A DNA stretch of 64,000 bases from Lama guanicoe (Eukaryota), in NCBI GenBank assembly GCA_013239625.1, contig MU053574.1, forward strand, positions 124,001 through 188,000, written 5' to 3'. The notes under the pieces were generated by a model. That model was not told the origin of the DNA, did no database searches, and saw only the letters and a program-made list of their open reading frames with translations. Below are positions 61,041 through 64,000 of the stretch, piece by piece; position 1 is the first letter of the stretch; the number at the start of each line of letters is the position of its first letter. Position numbers and translations under genes: made by a program.

Positions 61041-64000
61041 ATGGTTCCCTAATATAAACAGTGTCATTGGTAGCACTGCATTGTGGCATGTGGCCACCAA
61101 AGATGTTATTAAACTAAGCGGCGTGTAAGATACAGAAATGTACTAACCCAAATATTGACTTTTGGCATCTGCTGCCTCCTGTTTTCCATACTTGGGTACT
61201 TCCAAAATGGAAGAGACTTCCATGGCTGTAAACGGACGCTTCAAGTGTCTGTGGGGCTAACTTTTAAGTGACTTCTCCCAGCTGGTCTCTGTCGGCTATA
61301 AAGTGTGTTTAATGTGTGCAGCTCACCCACTACCACCTTGTCCAGGTCGAGCTGGTCCCTTCCCTCCTTGGGTTCTCACTGAACCATGTCCATTTCCTAC
61401 TCATGCACACATAGTTCTGCATTGCATTTGCTAAGTCTGCTTCCTTACTTAGTAGCCTGCACTTAGCCCCTCAAGAAATATTTGAATAAGTTTAAAAAGG
61501 ACAGGTTTTCCAATCTGATTTCGAAAGTTTATGATTTAACTCTCTTGAGGGCTTTTTAAAAGGAATGTCAAAAATCCTTAAACTTGAGGCACTTAAATGA
61601 AGAATCCCACACAAAGCCCATGATGTATATTTTTTCTGGGTATTAAAAAAAATATGGTTGAAAGGCAGAATTTTAGGGCTAAAGTGGAAAACAACAAAAG
61701 CTTGTTGCCAAAAATGTACTAGTGCATTTTAGAATAAAACCTTATTTTTGCTTTCTATAACGCGTTTGAAAGAGTAGGCTCCAGATGTCAGACTTTTACA
61801 CCTAAATTACATTTATAATCTGAAAAGCAAGCTAGGTGGCCCATGCCGATCAGCCCTGACTACCGCCAAGTTGACTGGATGGGCGCCATCTTTGTTTAGA
61901 ATCGAGCTCATGTCATTCTGGGCTCTGGGCTGCCTGTGTTTGGAGGAAGAGCTCTGACATTACCGTCTTCTGAATACACAAAAGACAAACTCAGAGTCTC
62001 GCTAGCCTGAGACTGGGTCAGTAGTAGTTTTATTGGAACAAAACCACACTTAGGGACAAAATGCTTTGAAGCCTGAGAGTTGTTTGTGGTTTACCTGACG
62101 TAGAAATGAGTGTGGGGACTAACTAGATGCTAAACGTGCTATTGAAAGTTATTTTGAAGGTGGCGGCCCAGAGATGTTTACTAGCTTTCTTTCTGATGAT
62201 ATGTGCGTGCTGCTCAGCGAGTGAGTGCTGTGCCGGGTGCCGTGCCGGGACGCGCAGTGTCTCACTTAATCTCCGCAGACCGTGAGCCCCGACGGGCTGG
62301 TGTTACCTTCACTCGTAAGTTTAGTTTAATCCAGCTCACAATAAGGTGACATTTATTTCTGTTTTCAGCTTTGAATTCTTGCGATAAAATCTTACTAGTT
62401 GTGGTAAGTTCTGACCCCTTTCACTTCCTCTGTGATTTACCTGTAAGATCGTGTTTATGTAAGTATAAATTTGTACTACATTTTTACATCATACTTTTTA
62501 CATCATGATTTGCTATCAGAAATGCATTTTACATTTTAATTGATTTTTCTGGCTAATGAATTTCTGATTCACCGAAAGCAGAATCAGTGAATATCATTAG
62601 GTTGTAATCAAACAGAGCATAGATGATAATAAGTTAATACCCAGCAGTTTCTGGGCTCATTGCTACTTTAAATCTGGTATCCCTGTAGGAGGAGCTTAAC
62701 TTCTTAGTGGAATTTTTCCCTAGTGTAGTGTTTCTCAAATGGGGCTTTTTAATCACCTATGTAAGAATTACCTGGGGTACTTATTATAATACAGATTCCT
62801 GAGCCCAAAATTCAGTTCTGGAATGGCACCAGGAACTGAACATCCCAGATGCACATTACAGCTTGAGCCTTGCTACTGCAGCTTACCCAGAAACAAGCAG
62901 GTGGAAATAAGAATGTGTTTCACCATGGCTGCCAGTGACATGTACCGGTCATTGGCCGGGGGCGGTGGAGCCAGCTCAGTTTTGCTTTGCCATGTGACCT
63001 TGACAGGGCCGTTTGTCCCTCTGGAGTCTCCGTATTCTCATTTGTAAAGTAAGGATAGTCTCTGCTTCCCTCACAGTTGCTGTGAGGACCAAAGCCATGA
63101 GTTTGACGTCACACTTCAGGACCTGGGCTTTGAGTTCAGCAGGTTGGGGCTCAACCCTGGTTTTGCCTCTTGCTAGCTTTGTGACCCTAAGCGAGTGGCT
63201 TAGTCTCTGTTTCTCTTCCTGTAAAATGAGGACCAAAGAACCACTCCTACTGTGGCAGCATGAGGAGTATGTTCGATGGTGTTTGTGAGAGCCGTGCAGT
63301 GCCTGTCTAACAAGGGGTGACTGTTTTCACTTGTTTTGGAAAATACAGCTTTAGAGACTGTAGTAGGGAGGAGTGAATAATTGTAAATGTGTGTAGTGAC
63401 ACTTGGAGAATGAGCTGCTTTTTTCGTGTATAAAGATAAGGCAGCTGCTCCACTTCTGTAAAGAGCTGAGTTTTTGAAGGGTGCAGGGTTACCTTGATGC
63501 CCCGTGCAGGCCTGTTTCCCTGTGACCAGCGGCCCTTGAGTGTGTGGTTGATGTCTGGGGTGCGGAGCATGCGCTGAAGATAGAGAAACAAGCCCTGGCT
63601 CAGAGGAGGCCTTGAACGCGTGTGCCTGTGACCTAGCCAGCCGTACTGCCGCTGGGGGGCTGCCAGGAGGAGAACAGCGCGTGTTCTTTTCCTGCAGGTA
63701 GCTCATCGACTCTTTTGAGCAGTGATTTGAGACGCAAGCATCGTCTCGGCAAAAACCCAAGGTAGAATCAGAAGGAGGAATAAAGCTTCGATTTAACGCT
63801 GTTGCTGAGTTGCTGTGCTGATTCTGATGGGCATCACGTTTTTTAGGTTTTCTGTTGCATTCCCTGGAACCCCTCTTCATAAATTTGTCAAGGATAGAAC
63901 TATTTACACACCTCAGCTGCTTTTATCAGCAGGGTTCTGGACAGACTTTTCACGGCTTTGAATACATGCTTGGTTTGTCTGGCAGGTAGCTTTTTTGGGG

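Noticed and set aside
62279..62314. 36-nt exon-like segment (CCGCAG|...CTC|GTAAGT)
   Set aside because: Lies in a repeat remnant, has weak exonic donor bases, and would leave only a 54-nt intron before the better candidate.
63200..63880. 226-aa minus-strand ORF
   Set aside because: Antisense within a TSC1 intron, ends in a MIR remnant, no domain.

Overview
Mammalian genomic DNA, not microbial. It is probably camelid (alpaca/camel), judged from the tRNA-derived SINE family. The window is the conserved GTF3C5-GFI1B-TSC1 block. (1) GTF3C5 coding exon 1 lies on the minus strand (768->616) in a CpG-island promoter. (2) GFI1B is complete on the minus strand: a non-coding exon 1 ends at 34031, and six coding exons (27440->23424, 993 nt) encode a 330-aa SNAG + six C2H2 zinc-finger repressor with canonical GT-AG junctions. 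(3) TSC1 contributes its CpG-island promoter and first two non-coding exons on the plus strand (~48939-49030, 57710-57772); its coding exons lie beyond the window. The rest is intronic/intergenic DNA with SINE, L1, L2, MIR, MLT1, MER41-like and hAT remnants, plus one 338-nt N gap. Almost all ORF-track entries are chance ORFs in GC-rich DNA or repeats. I see no new protein-coding system. The best leads are regulatory and splicing signals: an in-frame alternative GFI1B acceptor adding 33 aa between zinc fingers 2 and 3, three GATA/E-box enhancer modules 3' of GFI1B, CTCF motifs bracketing GFI1B, TSC1 uORFs with a candidate 35-nt 5'UTR cassette exon, and a MER41-like LTR with an N4-spaced STAT site. 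Comparisons to human/mouse and repeat family names are from recall, not database searches; repeat boundaries are approximate.
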